A stretch of DNA of 64,000 nt from assembly GCF_009914755.1 (NCBI RefSeq), contig NC_060931.1; one strand, written 5' to 3'. The stretch comes from the human T2T-CHM13v2.0 reference genome, Homo sapiens. The translations under genes and the position numbers were made by a program. Under the pieces are notes generated by a model. It did not search any database, was not told where the DNA came from, and was given only the letters and a program-made list of their open reading frames with translations. Positions 36,801-51,800 of this stretch are shown here, in pieces (positions within the stretch are counted from its first letter, which is position 1; the number at the start of each line of letters is the position of its first letter).

Positions 36801-39800
36801 AACTGCTTTGTGATGTGTGCATTCATCTCACGTAGTTAAACATTTCAGTGGATTCAGAAGTTTGGAAACACTGTTTTTATCCACTCTGCCAATCGACATT
36901 TGGGAGCTCAATGAGGCCAATGGTGAGAAAGTGAATATCCCAGGATAAAAACTGGAAGGAAGCTATCTGAGAAACCACTTTGTGATAGGTGCATTCATCT
37001 CGCAGGGTCAAACCTTTCTTTTCATTCAGCAGTTTGGAAACACCATTTTCATAGAATATGCCAAAGTTTATCTCTGAGTGCATTGAGGCCTATGGTGGAA
37101 AAAGGAAATATCTACAGATAAAAACTAGAAAGAAGATTTCTGAGAAACTGCTTTGTGATGTGTGCATTCATCTCACAGCATTAAATCTTCCTGTGAATTC
37201 TGCACTATGCAAACACTGTTTTCATCTATTCTGTGAATGGACATTTGGGAGCTCATTGAGACCAATGGTGAAAAAGCAAATATCCCAGGGTAGAAAATAG
37301 GAGTAAACTCTTCAAGAAACCACTTTGTAATGTCTGCATTCATCTCACAGAGTTAAACTTTGATTTTATCCAGCAGTTTGGAAACCCTGTTTTTGTAGAA
37401 TATGCCAAGTGATATCTGGGAGTGCATTGAGGCCTACGGTGAAAAAGGAAATATCTTCAGATAAAAACTAGATAGAATATTTCTGAGAAATGCTTTGTGA
37501 AATGTACATTCATCTCACAGAGTTAAACCCTTCTGTGGATTCAGCAGTTTGCAAACTGTTTCTGTCCATTCTGTGAGTGGACATTGGGGAGATCATTGAG
37601 GCCCATGACAAAAAAGCGAATTTCCCAGGATAAAAACTAGAAAGAAGCTACATGAGAAACCATGTTGTGATGTGTGCATTCACCTCACAGAGTTAAAACT
37701 TTCTTTTTATACAGCTGTCTGGAAGCACTGTTTTGGCAGAAATCACAGGGGATATTTTGGAGTGCTTTGAGGTCTATGGTGAAAAAGAAAATATCTTCAG
37801 ACAAAAACTAGAAAGAAGCTTTCTGAGAAACTGCTTTGAGGTGTTTGCATTCATCTCACAGAGTTAAACCTTTCTGTGGATTCAGCAATTTGGAAACATT
37901 GTTGTTTCAGAATCTGCAAAGGGATATTTGGGATTTCCTTGAGACCAATGGCAAAAAATCGAATATCCTAGGATAAAAGATGGAAGGAAGCTTTCAGAGA
38001 AACTGCTTTCTGATGTATGTAGTGATTTTGCAGAGTTAAACCTTTCTTTTCATTTAGCAGTTTGGAAAAACTGTTTTTGTTGTATCTGTGAAGAGATTTC
38101 TAGGAGCACATTGAGACCTATGGTGACAAATGAAATATATACAGACATAAACTAGAAAGAAACTTTCTAAAAACTGATTTGTGAAGTGTGCCTTCATATC
38201 ACAGAGTTAAACCTTTCTGTGGATTCAGCAGTTTGCAAATACTGTTTTCATCCTTTCCACGACTGGACATTTGGGAGCTCACTGAGGCCAATGGTGAAAA
38301 GGTGAATAAGCCAAGATAAAAACTGGAGGGGATCTATCTGGGAAACAGCTTTGTGATGTGAGCATTCACCTCACAGAGATAAACTTTTCTTTTCATTCAG
38401 TAGTCTAGAAACACTGTTTTGGCAGAATCTGCTAAGGGATATTTGGGAGGGTCTAGAGGCCTAGGGTGAAAAAGGAAATATCTTCAGATAAAAAAAAAGA
38501 AAGAAGCTTTCTGGAAAACTGCTTTTTGAAGGGTGCATTCATCTCACAGAGTTAACCCTTTCTTTGGATTCAGCAGTTTGGAAACACTGTTGTTGTAGAA
38601 TCTGTGAATGGGCATTTGGGAGATCATCGAGGCCAAAGGTGAAAAAGTGAATATCCCAGGATAAAAACTAGAAGGAAGCTATCTGAGAAACTGATTTGTG
38701 ATGTGTACATTCACCTCACAGAGTTAATACTTTCTCTTCATTCAGCATTCTGGAAACACTGTTTTGGCAGAAACTGTGAAGGGATAATTGGGAACACATT
38801 CAGGCCTATGGTGAAAAAGGAAATGTCTTCAGATAAAAACTAGAAAGAAGCTATCTGAGAAACCGCTTTCTGTTGTGTGCATTTATCTTGTAGAGTTAAA
38901 CCTTTCTTTTTAATCAGCAGTTTGGAAACCCTGTTTTCATAGAATCTGTGAAGGGATATCAGGGAGCACCATGAGGCTTATGGCAAAAAAGGAAATATCT
39001 TCAAATAAAAATTAGAAAGAAGATTTCTGAGAAACTGCTTTATGATATAAGCATCCATCTCACAACGTCTAACATTTCTGCAGGTTCAGCAACTTGAAAA
39101 CACTGTTTTTGTCCATTTTGTGAGTAGACATTTGGGAGCTCATTGAGGCCAATGATGAAAAAGCAAGTATCCCAATATGAATACTACAAGGAAGCTAACT
39201 GAGAAACCACTTTGTGAAGTGTGTATTCACCTCGCAGAGTTAAAACTTTGTTTTCATTCAGCAGTCTGGAAACACTGTTTGGCCAGAATCCTCAAAGGGA
39301 TATTTTGGAGTACATTGAGGCTTATGCTGAAAAAGGAAATAACTTCAGATAAAAACTGGAAAGAAGCTTTCTGAGAAACTGCTTTGTGATTGGTGCATTC
39401 ATCTCACAGAGTTAAAACTGTCTTTGGATTCAGCAGTTTGGAAACACTGTTGTTGTAGAATCTGAGAAGGGATATTTGGGAACTCATTGAGGCCAATGGT
39501 GAAAAAGAAGGTGTCCCAGAATAAAACTAGAAGGAAGCTATTTGAGAAACCGCTTTGTGATGTGTGCATTCATCTCACAGAGTTAAAACATTCTTTTCAC
39601 ACAACAGTCTGGAAACACTGTTTTAGCAGCATCCACAAAGGGATATTTTGAAGGGCATATAGGCTGAGGGTCAAAAAGGAAATATCTTCAGATAAAAACT
39701 AGAAGGAAGCTTTCTGAAAGACTGCTTTGTGATATGTGCATTCATCTCACAGCGTGAAACCGTTCTGTGGATCCAGCAGTTTGCAAACCCCGGTTTTTGT

Positions 39801-42800
39801 CCATTCTGCAAATGGACATTTGGGAGCTCATTGAGGCCAGTGGTGAAACAGTGAATATCCAAGGATAAAAACCAGAAAGAAACTATATGAGAAACTCTTT
39901 TGTGATGCTTGCATTAACCACACAGAATTAAAATTTCCTTTTCATAGAGCACTCTGGAAACACTAATTTGGCAGAATCTGTGAAGGGATATTTGGGAGCA
40001 CATTGAGGTCTATGGTAAAAAAGGAAATATATTCAGATAAAAATTAGAAAGAAAATTTCTGAGAAACTCCTATGTGATATGTGTATTCATCTCAAAGAGT
40101 TAAACATTTCGTGGATTCAGCAGTGTGCAAACACTGTTTTTGACAATTCTGCAAATGGGTATTTGGGAGCACATTGGGGCCTATGGTGAAAAAGGAAATA
40201 TCTTCAGATAAAAACTAGAAAGACGCTTTCTGAGAAACTTCTTTGTCATTTGCACATTCTTTTCACAGAGTTAAAACTTTCTGCAGCTTCAGTAGTTTGC
40301 AATCACTGTTTTTGTCCATTCTGCAAAAGGAAATTTGGGAGCTCTTTGAGGTCAATGGCAAAAAAAGTGTATATCCAGGGATAAAAACTAGAAGGAAGCT
40401 ATTTGAGAAACAGCTTTGTGATGTGTGATTTCAACTCAGAGGGGTAAATCTTTCATTTCATTCAGCTGTTTGGAAACACTGTTTTCATAGAACCTGCAAA
40501 GGGATATCTGGGAGTGCATCGAGGCCTATGGTGAAAAAGGAAATATCTTTAGATAAAAACTAGAAGGAAGCTTTCTGAGAAACTGCTTTGTGAGGTGTGC
40601 ATGACTCTAACACAGTTAAACTTTTCTACAGTTTCCACAGTTTGCAAACACTGTTTTGGTCCATTCTGCGAATGTACATTTGGCAGCTCAATGAGGCCAA
40701 TTTTGAAAAAGTGAATATCCCAGGGTAAAAACTGGGAGGAAGTTATCTGAGAAACTGCTTTGTGATGTGTGCACTCACCTGGCAGAGAAAAGACTTTCTT
40801 TTCATTCATCACTCTGGAAACACTGTTGTGACAGAATCTGCAAAGGAATATTTGGGAGCATATTGAGGCCTATGGTGAAAAAGGAAATATCTTGAGATAA
40901 AAACTAGAAAGAAGCTTTCTGAGGTACTGTTTTCTGATGTGTGTGTTCATGTCACAGAGTTAAAACTTTCTTTGGAGTCAGCAGTTTTGAAACAGTGTTT
41001 TTGTGGAATCTGCAAAGGGATATTTGGGAGCTTAATGAGGCCAAAGAGAAAAAGTGAATATCCCAGGAAAAAAACTACAAGGAAGCAATTAAAGAAACCT
41101 CTTTGGGATGTGTGCATTCATCTCACAGAGTTAAAACTTTCTTTTCATCCAGCAGTTTGGAAATACCATTTTCCTAGTATCTGTGAAGTGGTATCTGGGA
41201 GCGCTTTGAGGCCTATCGTGAAAAAGGAGATATCTTCAGAGAAAAAGTAGAAAGAAGCTTTCTGAGAAACTGCTTTGTGATGTGTGCATTCATCTCACAG
41301 AGTTAAACCATTCTTCAGACTCAGCAGTTTGGAAAAACTGTTTTTGTCCATTCTGCAAATGGATATTTGGAAGCTCTTTGAGGTCAAAGTTGAAAAAGCA
41401 AATATCCCAGGTTAAAAACTAGAAGGAAGCTATCTGTAAAACAGCTTTGTGAAGTGTGCACTCACCTCACAGAGTTAAACCTTTCTTTTAATTCAGCAGG
41501 TTGGAAACACTGTTTTCATAGAATCTGCAAAGTGATATCTGGGAATGCATTGAGGCCTATGGTGAAAAAGGAAATATCTTCAGATAAAAAGTAGAAAAAA
41601 CCTATCTGAGAACACACTTTGTGATGTGTGCATTCAACTCACGGAGATAAAACTTTCTTATAATGCAGCAGTTTTGAAACAATGCTTTGGCAGAATCTGC
41701 AAAGGGCTATTTTGGAGCACATTGAGGCCTATAGTCAAGAAGTACATATTTTCAGATAATAACTAGAAAGAAGTTTCTGAGAAACTGCTTTGTGACACGT
41801 GTTACATCTCACAGAGCTTAACCTTTCTTTTCATTCAGCAGTTTGGAAACACTATTGTATAATCTGTGAAGGGATATTTGGGAGCTTAATGAGGCCAAAA
41901 GCAAAAAGTGAATATCGCAAAAAAAAAAACTAGAAGGAAGCTATCTGAGAACCTGCTTTGTGATGTCTTCCTTCATCTCTCAGAGTTAAAACTTTCTTTT
42001 CATTGGGCAGTTTGGAAATACTGTTTTCCTAGAATCTGTGAAGGGATATTTGGGACCTTAATGAGACCAAAGACAAGAAAGTGAATATCCCAGGAAAAAA
42101 GCTGGAGAGAAGCTATCTGAGAAACTGCTTTGTGATGTGAACATTCACCTCTCATAGATAAAATTTTCTTTTGATTCAGCAGTTTGGAAATGCTGTTTTT
42201 GTAGAATCAGTGAAGTTATATTTGGGAGCGCATTAAGGCTTATGGTGAAAAAGGAAATATCTTCAGATAAAAACTAAAAAGAAACCTTCTGGGAAACTGC
42301 TTTGTGATGTGTGCATTCATCTCACAGGGTTCATCCTTTCTGTCAATTCAGTAGTTTCCAAAACTGATTTTATCAATTCTGTGAGTGGACATTTGGGAGC
42401 TTTTTGAGGTCAATGGCAAAAAACCAAATATCTCAGGATAAAAACTAGAAGGAAGCTGTTTGAGAAACTGCTTTGGGATGTAAGAATTCACCTTGCAGAG
42501 ATAAAACTTTCTTTTCATTCAGCAGTTTGGAAAGAATGTTATCATAGAATCTGAGATGGGATATCTGGGAGCACATTGAGACCAATGGTGGAAAATGAAA
42601 TATCTTCAGATAAAAACTAGAAAGAACCATTCTGAGAAACTTCTTTTTGATGTGTGCCCTCATCTCACAGAGTTAAACCTTTCTGGGCATTCAGCAGTTT
42701 GCAAACTCTATTTTGTTCATTCTGCAAATGGACATTTGGGAACTCATTGAGGCCAATGGTGAAAAAGCAAATATCCCAGGATAAAAACTGGAAGGAAGCT

Positions 42801-45800
42801 ATCTGAGAAACTGCTTTGTGATGTGTGCATTCACCTCGCACAGATAAAGATTTATTTCCCTTCAACAGTCTGGAAACACTGTTCTGGCATAATACATGAA
42901 GGGATATTTGGGAGCACTTTGTGGCCTATATGAAAAATGAAATATCTTCAGATAAAAACCAGAAATAAGATTTCTGAGAAACTTCTTTGTGATGTGTGCA
43001 TTCATCTCACAGAGATAAACCTTTCTGTGGATTCAGCAGTGTGCAAACACTGTTTTTGTAAATTCTGTGAAGGATATTTGAGAGCTCATTGAGGCCAACA
43101 GCAAAAAAGTGAATATCCCAGGAAAAACTAGAAGGAAGTTATCTGAGAAACTGCTTTGTGATATGTGTATTCGCCTCACAGAGTTAAAAGCTATTTTTCA
43201 TTCAGCAGTCTGGAAACACTGTTTTGGCAGAATCAGTGAAGGGATATTTGGGAGGGGATTGAGGCATAATGTGAAAAAGGAAACATCTTCAGATAAAAAC
43301 TGGAAAGAAGCTTTCTGAGAAACTGCTTTATGATGTGTGCATTCTCCTCACAGTGTTAATCCTTTCTTTGGATTCAGCAGTTTGCAAACACTGTTTTTGT
43401 CCATTCTGGAAATGGACATTTTGGAGCTCTTTGAGGCCAATGGCAAAAAAGGAATATCCCAGGATAAGAACTAGAAGGAAGCTCTTTGAGAAACCACTTT
43501 GCAGTGTGTGCATTCATCTCACAGAGTTAAAACTTTCTTTTCATTCAGGAGCTTAGAAACTCTGTTTTCATAGAAACTGCAAAGTGATATCTGGGAGTGC
43601 ATTGTGGCCTATGGTGAAAAAGGAATTATATTCAGAAAAAACAGAGAAGGAAGTTCTCTGACAAACTGCTTGGTGGTGTGTCCATTCATCTCACAGAGTT
43701 AAAACTTTCTTTGGATTCAGCACTTTGCAAACACTGTTTTTGTCCATTCTACAATTGGACATTTGGGAGCTCATTTAGGCCAATGGTGAAAAAGCAAATA
43801 TCCTAGGATAAAAAATAGAAAGGAATCTGAGAAGCCGCTTTGTGATGTGTGAAATCACCTTGCAGAGTCATAAATTTCTTTTCATACAGCAGTATGGAAA
43901 AACTGTTTTTGCAGAATCCGCAGAGGGATATTTGGGAATGAATTGAGAACTCTGGTGAAAAAGAAAATATCTTCAGATAAAAACTAGACAGAAGCTTTCT
44001 GATAAACTGCATTGTGATGTGTGCATTCAACTCACAGAGTTAAATCTTTGTTTGGATTCAGCAGTTTGGAAACACTATTGTTGTAGAATCTGCAAAGGGA
44101 TATTTAGGAGCTCATTGAGGGCAAAGTCGTAAAAGTGATTATCCCAGGATAAAAACTAGGAGGAAGCTATATGAGAAATGGCTTTGTGATGTGTGCATTC
44201 ATCTCACAGATTTAAATCTTTCTTTTCAGTCTCAAGTTTGGAAATGCTGTTTTCATAGAATCTGTGAAGGGATATCTGGGAGCACATTGTGGCCTATGGT
44301 GAAAAAGGAAATATCTTCTGATAAACACTATAAAGAAGCTTTCTTAGAAACTGCTTTGTGATGTGTCCATTCATGTCACAGAGTTAAACCTTTCTTTGGA
44401 TTCAGCAGTTTGGAAATACTGTTGTTGCAGATCCTGCAAAGGGATATTTTGGAGCCTAATAAGGCCAAAGTTGAGAAATTGAATGTCCCAGGAAAAAAAC
44501 AAGGAAGCTATCTGAGAAACTGCTTTGTGATTGGTGCATTCATCTCTCAGAGTTAAGCCTTTCTTTTCATTCAGGAGTTTGGTAACACTCTTTTTGTAGA
44601 ATCTTCGAAGTTACATTTGGGAGTTCATTGAGGTCTATGGTGAAAAAGAAAATATCTTCAGATAAAAACTAGAAAGAAGCTTTCTGAGAAACTGCTTTGT
44701 GATGTGTGCATTCACCTAAGAGAGTTAAACATTTCTGTGAATTCAGCAGTTTGGAAACTGTTTTGTCCATTCAGCAAACAAACATTTGGGAGCTCATTGT
44801 GGTCAATGGTGAAAAAGGGAATATCCCATTATAAATACCAGAAAGAAACTATCTGAGAAACCTCTTCTGATGTGTGCATTCACCTTGCTGAATTAAGTCT
44901 TTCTTTTCATACAGCAGTCTGGAAACACTGTTTTGGAAGAATCCACAAAGGTATATTTGGGAGTGCATTGATGCCGATGGACAAAAAGGAAATAACTTCA
45001 GATAAAAACTAGAAAAAAGTTTTCTGAGAAACTGCTTTTTGATGGGTGCATTCATCTCACAGTGTTAAAATTTCTTTTGAATTCAGCAGTTTGGAAACAC
45101 TGTTGTGGAGTCTGCAAAGGGATATCTTGGAGCACATTGAGGACTTTGGTGAAAAATGAAATATCTTCTCATGAAAACTAGATAGAACCATTCTGAGAAA
45201 CTGCTTTGTGAGATGTGCATTCACCTGACAGACTTAATAATTTCTGTGGGTTAAGCAGTTTGCAAACATTGTTTTTGTCCATTCTGAGAATGGACATTTG
45301 GGAGCTCTTTGAGGCCAATGGTGAAAAATCCAATATCCCAGGACAAATACTATAAGGAAGCTATCTGAGAAACTACTTTGTGATGTCTGCATTCACCTCA
45401 TAGAATTTAAACATTCTTTTCATTCAGCAGTCTGGAAACACTGTTTTGCAGAAACCGCAAAGGGATATTTGGGAGCACATTGGGGCCCATGGAGAAAAAG
45501 TAAATATGTTCAGATGAAAACTAGAAAGAAGCTTTCGGGGAAACTGCTATGTGATGTGTGCATTATTGTCACAGAGTTAAACCTTTCTTTGGATTCAACA
45601 GTTTTGAAACACTGTTGTTGTAGAATCTGTGAAGTGATATTTGGGGAAAAACCCAGGCCAAAGGGGAAAAATGGAATATCAGAGGAAAAAAACTGGGAGG
45701 AAGATATCTGTGAAGCTGCTTTGTGATGTCTGCATTCATCTCTCAGAATTAAAACATTCTTTTTGTTCAGTGGTTTGGAAACACTGTTTTTGTAGAATCT

Positions 45801-48800
45801 GCACAGTTTTATTTGGCAGTGCATTTGTGCCTATGGTGAAAAACGAAATATCTTCAGATAAAAACTAGAAAGAAGCTTTCTGAGAAATTGCTTTGTGATG
45901 TGTGCATTCATCTCACAGAGTTAAACTTTTCTGTGTATTCAGCAGTTTGTAAACACTCTTTTTGTCCATTCTGTGAATGGATATTTGGGAGCTCATTGAG
46001 GCCAATGGCGAAAAAGGGAATATCCCAGGATCAAAACAGGAAAGAAGCTATCTGAGAAACCGCCTTGTGATGTGTGCATTCCTTTTGCAGAGTTAAACCT
46101 TTCTTCTCATTCAGCAGTTTAGAAACACTGTTTTCATAGAATCTGTGAAGGGGTAACTTGGAGCACATTCAGGTCTATGGTGAAGAAGGGAATATCTTCA
46201 GATTAAAACTAGAAAGAAGCCCTCTAAAAAACTGCCTTTTGATGTGTGCATTCATCTCACAGAAGTAAACTTTTCTGTGTATTCAGCAGTTTGCAAACAC
46301 TGTTTTTGTCCTTTCTGAGAATGGATACTTGGGAGCTCATTGAGGTCAATGGTGAAAAAGCAAATATCATAGAGTGATATTTGGCAGTGTATTGAGGCCT
46401 ATGATGAAAAAGGAAATACCTTCAGATAAAAACTTGAAAGAGGCTTTCTGAGAAACTGCTTTGTGATGTGTCCATTCATCTCACAGTTAAATCTTTCTTT
46501 GCATTCACCAGTGTGGAAACATTGTTTTCTTAGAATGTGCAAAGAGATATTTGGTAGCACATTGAGGCCTATGGTGAAAAAGAAAATATCTTCAAAAAAA
46601 CTAGAAAGAAGCTTAATAAGAAACTGGTTTATGATGTTTACATTCATGTCACAGAGTTAAAAATTTCTTTGGATTCAGCATATTTATAACACTGTTTTCA
46701 TCCATTGGCAAATGGACATTTGGGAGCTCATTGAGGCCAATGGCAAAAAAGCGAATATCCCAGGATAAAAACAGGAAGGAATCTCTCTGAGAAACCACTT
46801 TGTGTTGTGTGCATTCATGTCGCAGAGTTAAACCTTTCCTTTCATTCAACAGTTTGGAAACACTGTTTTTGTAGAATCTGTGGAGGGGTATTTGGCAGCA
46901 CATTGAGGCCTATGGCAAAGAAGGAAATATATTCAGATAAAACTAGAAAGAAGCTTTCTGAGAAACTGCTTTGTGATGTGTTCATTCAACTCACAGAGTT
47001 AAACACTCTTTGGATGCAGCAGTTTGCAAACCCTGTTTTTGTCAAATCTGCAAAAGGACATTTGGGACCTCATTGTGGCCAATGGCAAAAAACTTAATAT
47101 CACAGGATAAAAATTAGTAGGAAGTTATCTGAGAAACCAATTTGTGATGCGTGCATTCATCACATAGAGTTAAGTCTTTCTTTTCTTTCAGCAGTATGGA
47201 AACCCGGTTGTCTTAGAATTTGTGAAGAGATATTTGGTAGCTTATTGAGGACTCTGCTGAAAAAGGAAATATCTTCATATAAAACTTGGAAACATGCCTC
47301 ATGAGAAACTGCTTTTGATGTGTGCATTCACCTCAAATTAAACAGTTCTTTGGATTCAGTTGTTTTGAAACTCTGTTTTTTTCCATTCTGCGAATGAACA
47401 TTTTTTAGTTCATTGAGGCCATTGGCGAAAAAGTGGATATCCCAGCATAAAAACTAGAAGGAAAATATCTGAGAAACTGCTTTGTGTTGTGTGCATTCAT
47501 CTCAAAGAGTTAAACTTTTCTTTTCATTCAGCAGTTTGGAAACATTGTTTTTGTACAGTCTGCAAAGGGATATTTGGGAGCGCATTGAGGCCTATTTTGA
47601 AAAAGGGAATATATTCAGATAAAAACTATAAAGAAGCATTCTGAGAAACTGCTTTGTGGTGTGTTCATTCATCTTACACAGTTAAACCATTCTTTGGATT
47701 CAGTAGTTTGGAAACGCTATTTTTGTCCATTCTGTGAATGGACATTTGGGAGCTCATTGAGGCCAATGGTGAGAAAGTGAACATCCCAGGATAAAACCTA
47801 GAAGCATGTTATCTGAGAAATTGATTTCTGATGTGTGCATTCATCTCAGAGAGTTAAACTTTTCTTTTCATTCAGCAGTTTGAAAATACTGTTTTCTTAA
47901 AATCTCTGAAGACAAGATTTGTAGCGCAATGAGGTCTATTGTGGAAAAGGAAATATCTTCAGAGAAAAACTGGAAAGATCCTTCTGAGAGACTGCTTTGT
48001 AATACATGCATTCATCTCACAGAGTTCAATCTTTCTTTTCATTCACGGATTTGCAACCACTGTTTTCATAGAAACTGCAAAGGGAGCCCATTGAGGCCTA
48101 TGGTGAGAAAGGAAATAGCTTCACATAAAAACTAAAAAGAAGCTTTCTGAGAAACTGCTTTGTGAGGTGTGCATTCATCTCACAGAGTTAAAAGTTTCTT
48201 TGGATTCAGCAGTTTGTAAACACTTTTGTTGTTGAATCTGTGAAGGGAAATTGGCAAGCTTAATGAGGCCAAAGTCATGAAAGCAAATATCCCATGAAAA
48301 AAACTAGAAGGAAGCTATCAGTGAAACTGCATTGTGACGTGTGCATTCATCTCTCAGAGCTAAACTTTTCTTTTCATTCATCAGTTTGGAAAGACTGTTT
48401 TTGTAGAATCTACAGGGTTCCATTTGTGAGCACATTCAGGCCTATGGTGAAAAAACAAATATATTCAGATAAAAACTAGAAAGAAGCATTTTGGGAAACA
48501 TCTTTGTGATGTGTGCATTCATCTCACAGAATTAAGCCTTTCTATGGATTCAGCACTTTGCAAACACTGCTTTGTCCATTCTGCAAATGGACATTTGGGA
48601 GCGCATTGAGACCAATGGCAAAAAAGCACAAATACCGGGATAAAAACTAGAAGAAAGCTATTTGAGAAACTGCTTTGTGATGTGTGCATTCATCTCTAAG
48701 ATTTAAACAATTCTTTTCATTCAGCAGTATGTATACACTGTTTTTGTAGAATATGCAAAGGGATATCTGAGAGCACCTTCAGGACTATGGCAAAAAAGGA

Positions 48801-51800
48801 AATATCATCAGATAAAAAGTAGAAAGAAGCTTTCTGAGAAACTGCTTTGTGATGTGTGTATTCACCTCACAGAGATAAAGCTTTCTATGGATTCAACCAT
48901 TGGCAAATAGTGTTTTTGTGAATAGACGTTTTGGAGCACATTGAAACCAATGGCAAAAAAGCGAGTATCCCGGGATAAAAACTAGAAAGAAGCTTCTGAA
49001 AAACCACTTTGTGATGTGTGCATTCACCTCGCAGAGGTAAAGCTTTCTTTTCAGTCAGCCATCTGGAAACACTGTTTTGCAGAATCCGCAAAGGGATATT
49101 TGGGAGCTCACTAGGCCAATGGCAAAAAAGAGAAGGTAGCTATTTGAGAAACTGCTTTGTGATATGTACATTCATCTCACAGAGTTAAACCTTTCTTTTT
49201 CATTCAGCAGTTTAGAAACACTGTTGTAGATTCTGTGAAGGGATATCTGGGAGTGCTTTGAGGCTTATGGTGTAAAAGGAAATATCTTCAGATTAAAACT
49301 AGAAAGAAGCTTTCTGAAAAACTACTTTGTGATGCATGCATTCATCTCACAGAGTTAAACCTTTCTGTGGATTCAGCAGTTTGCAAACACTATTTTGTCC
49401 ATTTTGCAAATGGACATTTTGGAGGTCATTGAGGCCAATGTCAAAAAAGTGAATACCCAAGGATAAAAACTTGAAAAATACTATCTCAGAAACAGCTTTG
49501 TGACTTAACATTCACCTCCCTGAGTTAAAACATTCTTTTCATACAGCAGTGTGGAAACACTGTTTTGGCAGAATCCACAAATGGATACTTGGGAGCACAT
49601 TGAGGCCATGGTGAAAAAGGAAATATTTTCAGATAAATAAAAGAAAGAAGCTTTCTGAGGAACTGATTTGGGATGTGTGCATTCATCTCATAGAGTTAAA
49701 CTTTTCTGATGATTCAGCAGTTTCCAAACGCTGTTGTTGTAGAATCTGCTAAGGGATATTTGGGACGTCATTGAGGGCAATGGTGAAAAATCGAAAATCA
49801 AAGGATAAAAAGTAGAAGGAATCTATCTGAGAAACCACTTCATGATGTGTGCATTCATCTTACAGAGTTAAAACTTTCTTTTCATTCACCGTTTTGGAAA
49901 GATTCTTTTCATAGATTCTGCAAAGGGATATCTGGGAGTGCAAAGAGGCCTAAGGTAAAAAAGTAAATAACTTCAGATAACAACAAGAGAGAAGATTTCT
50001 GAGAAGCTGGTTTGTGATATGTGCATTCACCTCACAAAGTTAAACCTTTCTGGGGATTCAGTATTGTGCAAACACTGTTTTTGTCCATTTGGTGAATGGA
50101 CATTTGGGTGCTCATTGAGGCCAATAGTGAAAATGCAAATATCCAGGGATTAAAACAAGAAGGAAGCTATCTGAGAAAACGCTTTGTGATGTGTGCATTC
50201 GCCTCACAGAATTAAAACCTTCTTTCCATTTAGCAGTCTGAAAACACTGTTTTTGCAGCATCCGTGAAGGGATATTTGAGAGTGCATAGAGACCTATGGT
50301 GAAAATGGAAATATCTTTAGATAAAAACTGGAAAAAAACTCTGTGAAACTGCTTTGTGATGTGTGCATTCTTCTCTCAGATTTAAACCTTTCTGTGGATT
50401 CAGCAGTTTGCAAACACTGTTTTTGTCCATTCTGCAAATGTACATTTGGGAGCTTGATGAGGTCAAAAGTGAAAAAGTGAATATGCCAGGATAAAAACTG
50501 TTAGGAAGATATCCAAAAAACCACGTTGTGATGTGTGCATTCACATCACAGAGATAAATCTTTCTTTTCATCCAGCAGTCTGGAAACATTTTTTTCACAG
50601 TATCCACGAAGGGATATTTGGGAGCTCTTTGTGGCCAATGGTGAAAATGCGAATATCCCTGGATAAGAACTTGGAGGAAGCTATCTGAGAAACCATTTTG
50701 TGATGTGTGCATTCATCTCACAGAGTTAAACCTTTCTTTTTATTCAGTGGTTTGGAAACACTGTTTTCATAAAATCTGCGAGGTTAAATTTTGGAGTGCA
50801 TTGAAGCCTATGTTGAAAAAGGAAATCTCTTCAGATAAAAACTACAAAGAAGCTTATTGAAAAACTGCTTTGTGATGCATGCCTTCATCTCACAGAGTTA
50901 AACATTTCTTTGGGTTCAACAATTTGAAAACACTTTTTTTGTCCATTCCGTGAATGGATATTTAGGAGCTCATTGAGGCCATTGGTGAAAAAGTGAATAT
51001 CCCAGGATAAAAACTGAAAGGAAGCTATCTGAGAAACCGCTATGTGATGTGTGCTTTCAACTCACAGAGATAAACCTTTCATTTCATTCAGCAGCTTGGA
51101 ATCACTGTTTTTGTAGAATCTCCAAAGTTTGGGAACACATTGAGGCCTAAGGTGAAAAATGAAATATCTTCAGGAAAAAATTAGAAAGAAGCTTTCTGAG
51201 AAACTGCTTTGTGATGTGTGCATTCATCATACAAAGTTAAACCTTTCTGTGGATTCAGCAGTTTGCAAACACTGTTTTTGAACATTCTGCAAATGGAAAT
51301 TTCGGAGCTCATTGAGGCCAATGGTAAAAAAGCAAATATTCTATGATAAAAACTGGAAGGAAGCTCTTTGAGAAACAATTTTGTGATGTGTGCATTCATA
51401 TGGCAGAGTTATAACTTTCTTTTCATTCAGATGTTGGGAAACACGTTTTTCATAGAATCTGGAAGTGATATCTATGAGCACCTTGAGGCCTATGATGAAA
51501 AGGAAATATCTTCAGATACAAACTAGAAAGATGCTTTCTGAGAAACTGCTTTGTAATGTGTGCATTAATCTCACAGTATTAAGTCTTTCTTGGATTCAGC
51601 AGTTTGGAAATACTGTTGGTGTAGAATGTGTAAAGGGATATTTGGGAGCTAATGAGGCCAAAGGAGAAAATCAGAATAACTCAGGATAAAAGCTAGAAGG
51701 AAGCTGTCTGGGAAACCGCTCTTTGGTGTGTGCATTCATACCTCAGAGTTGAAACATTCTTTTAATTCAGCAGTTTGGAAACTCTGTTTTTGTAGAATCT

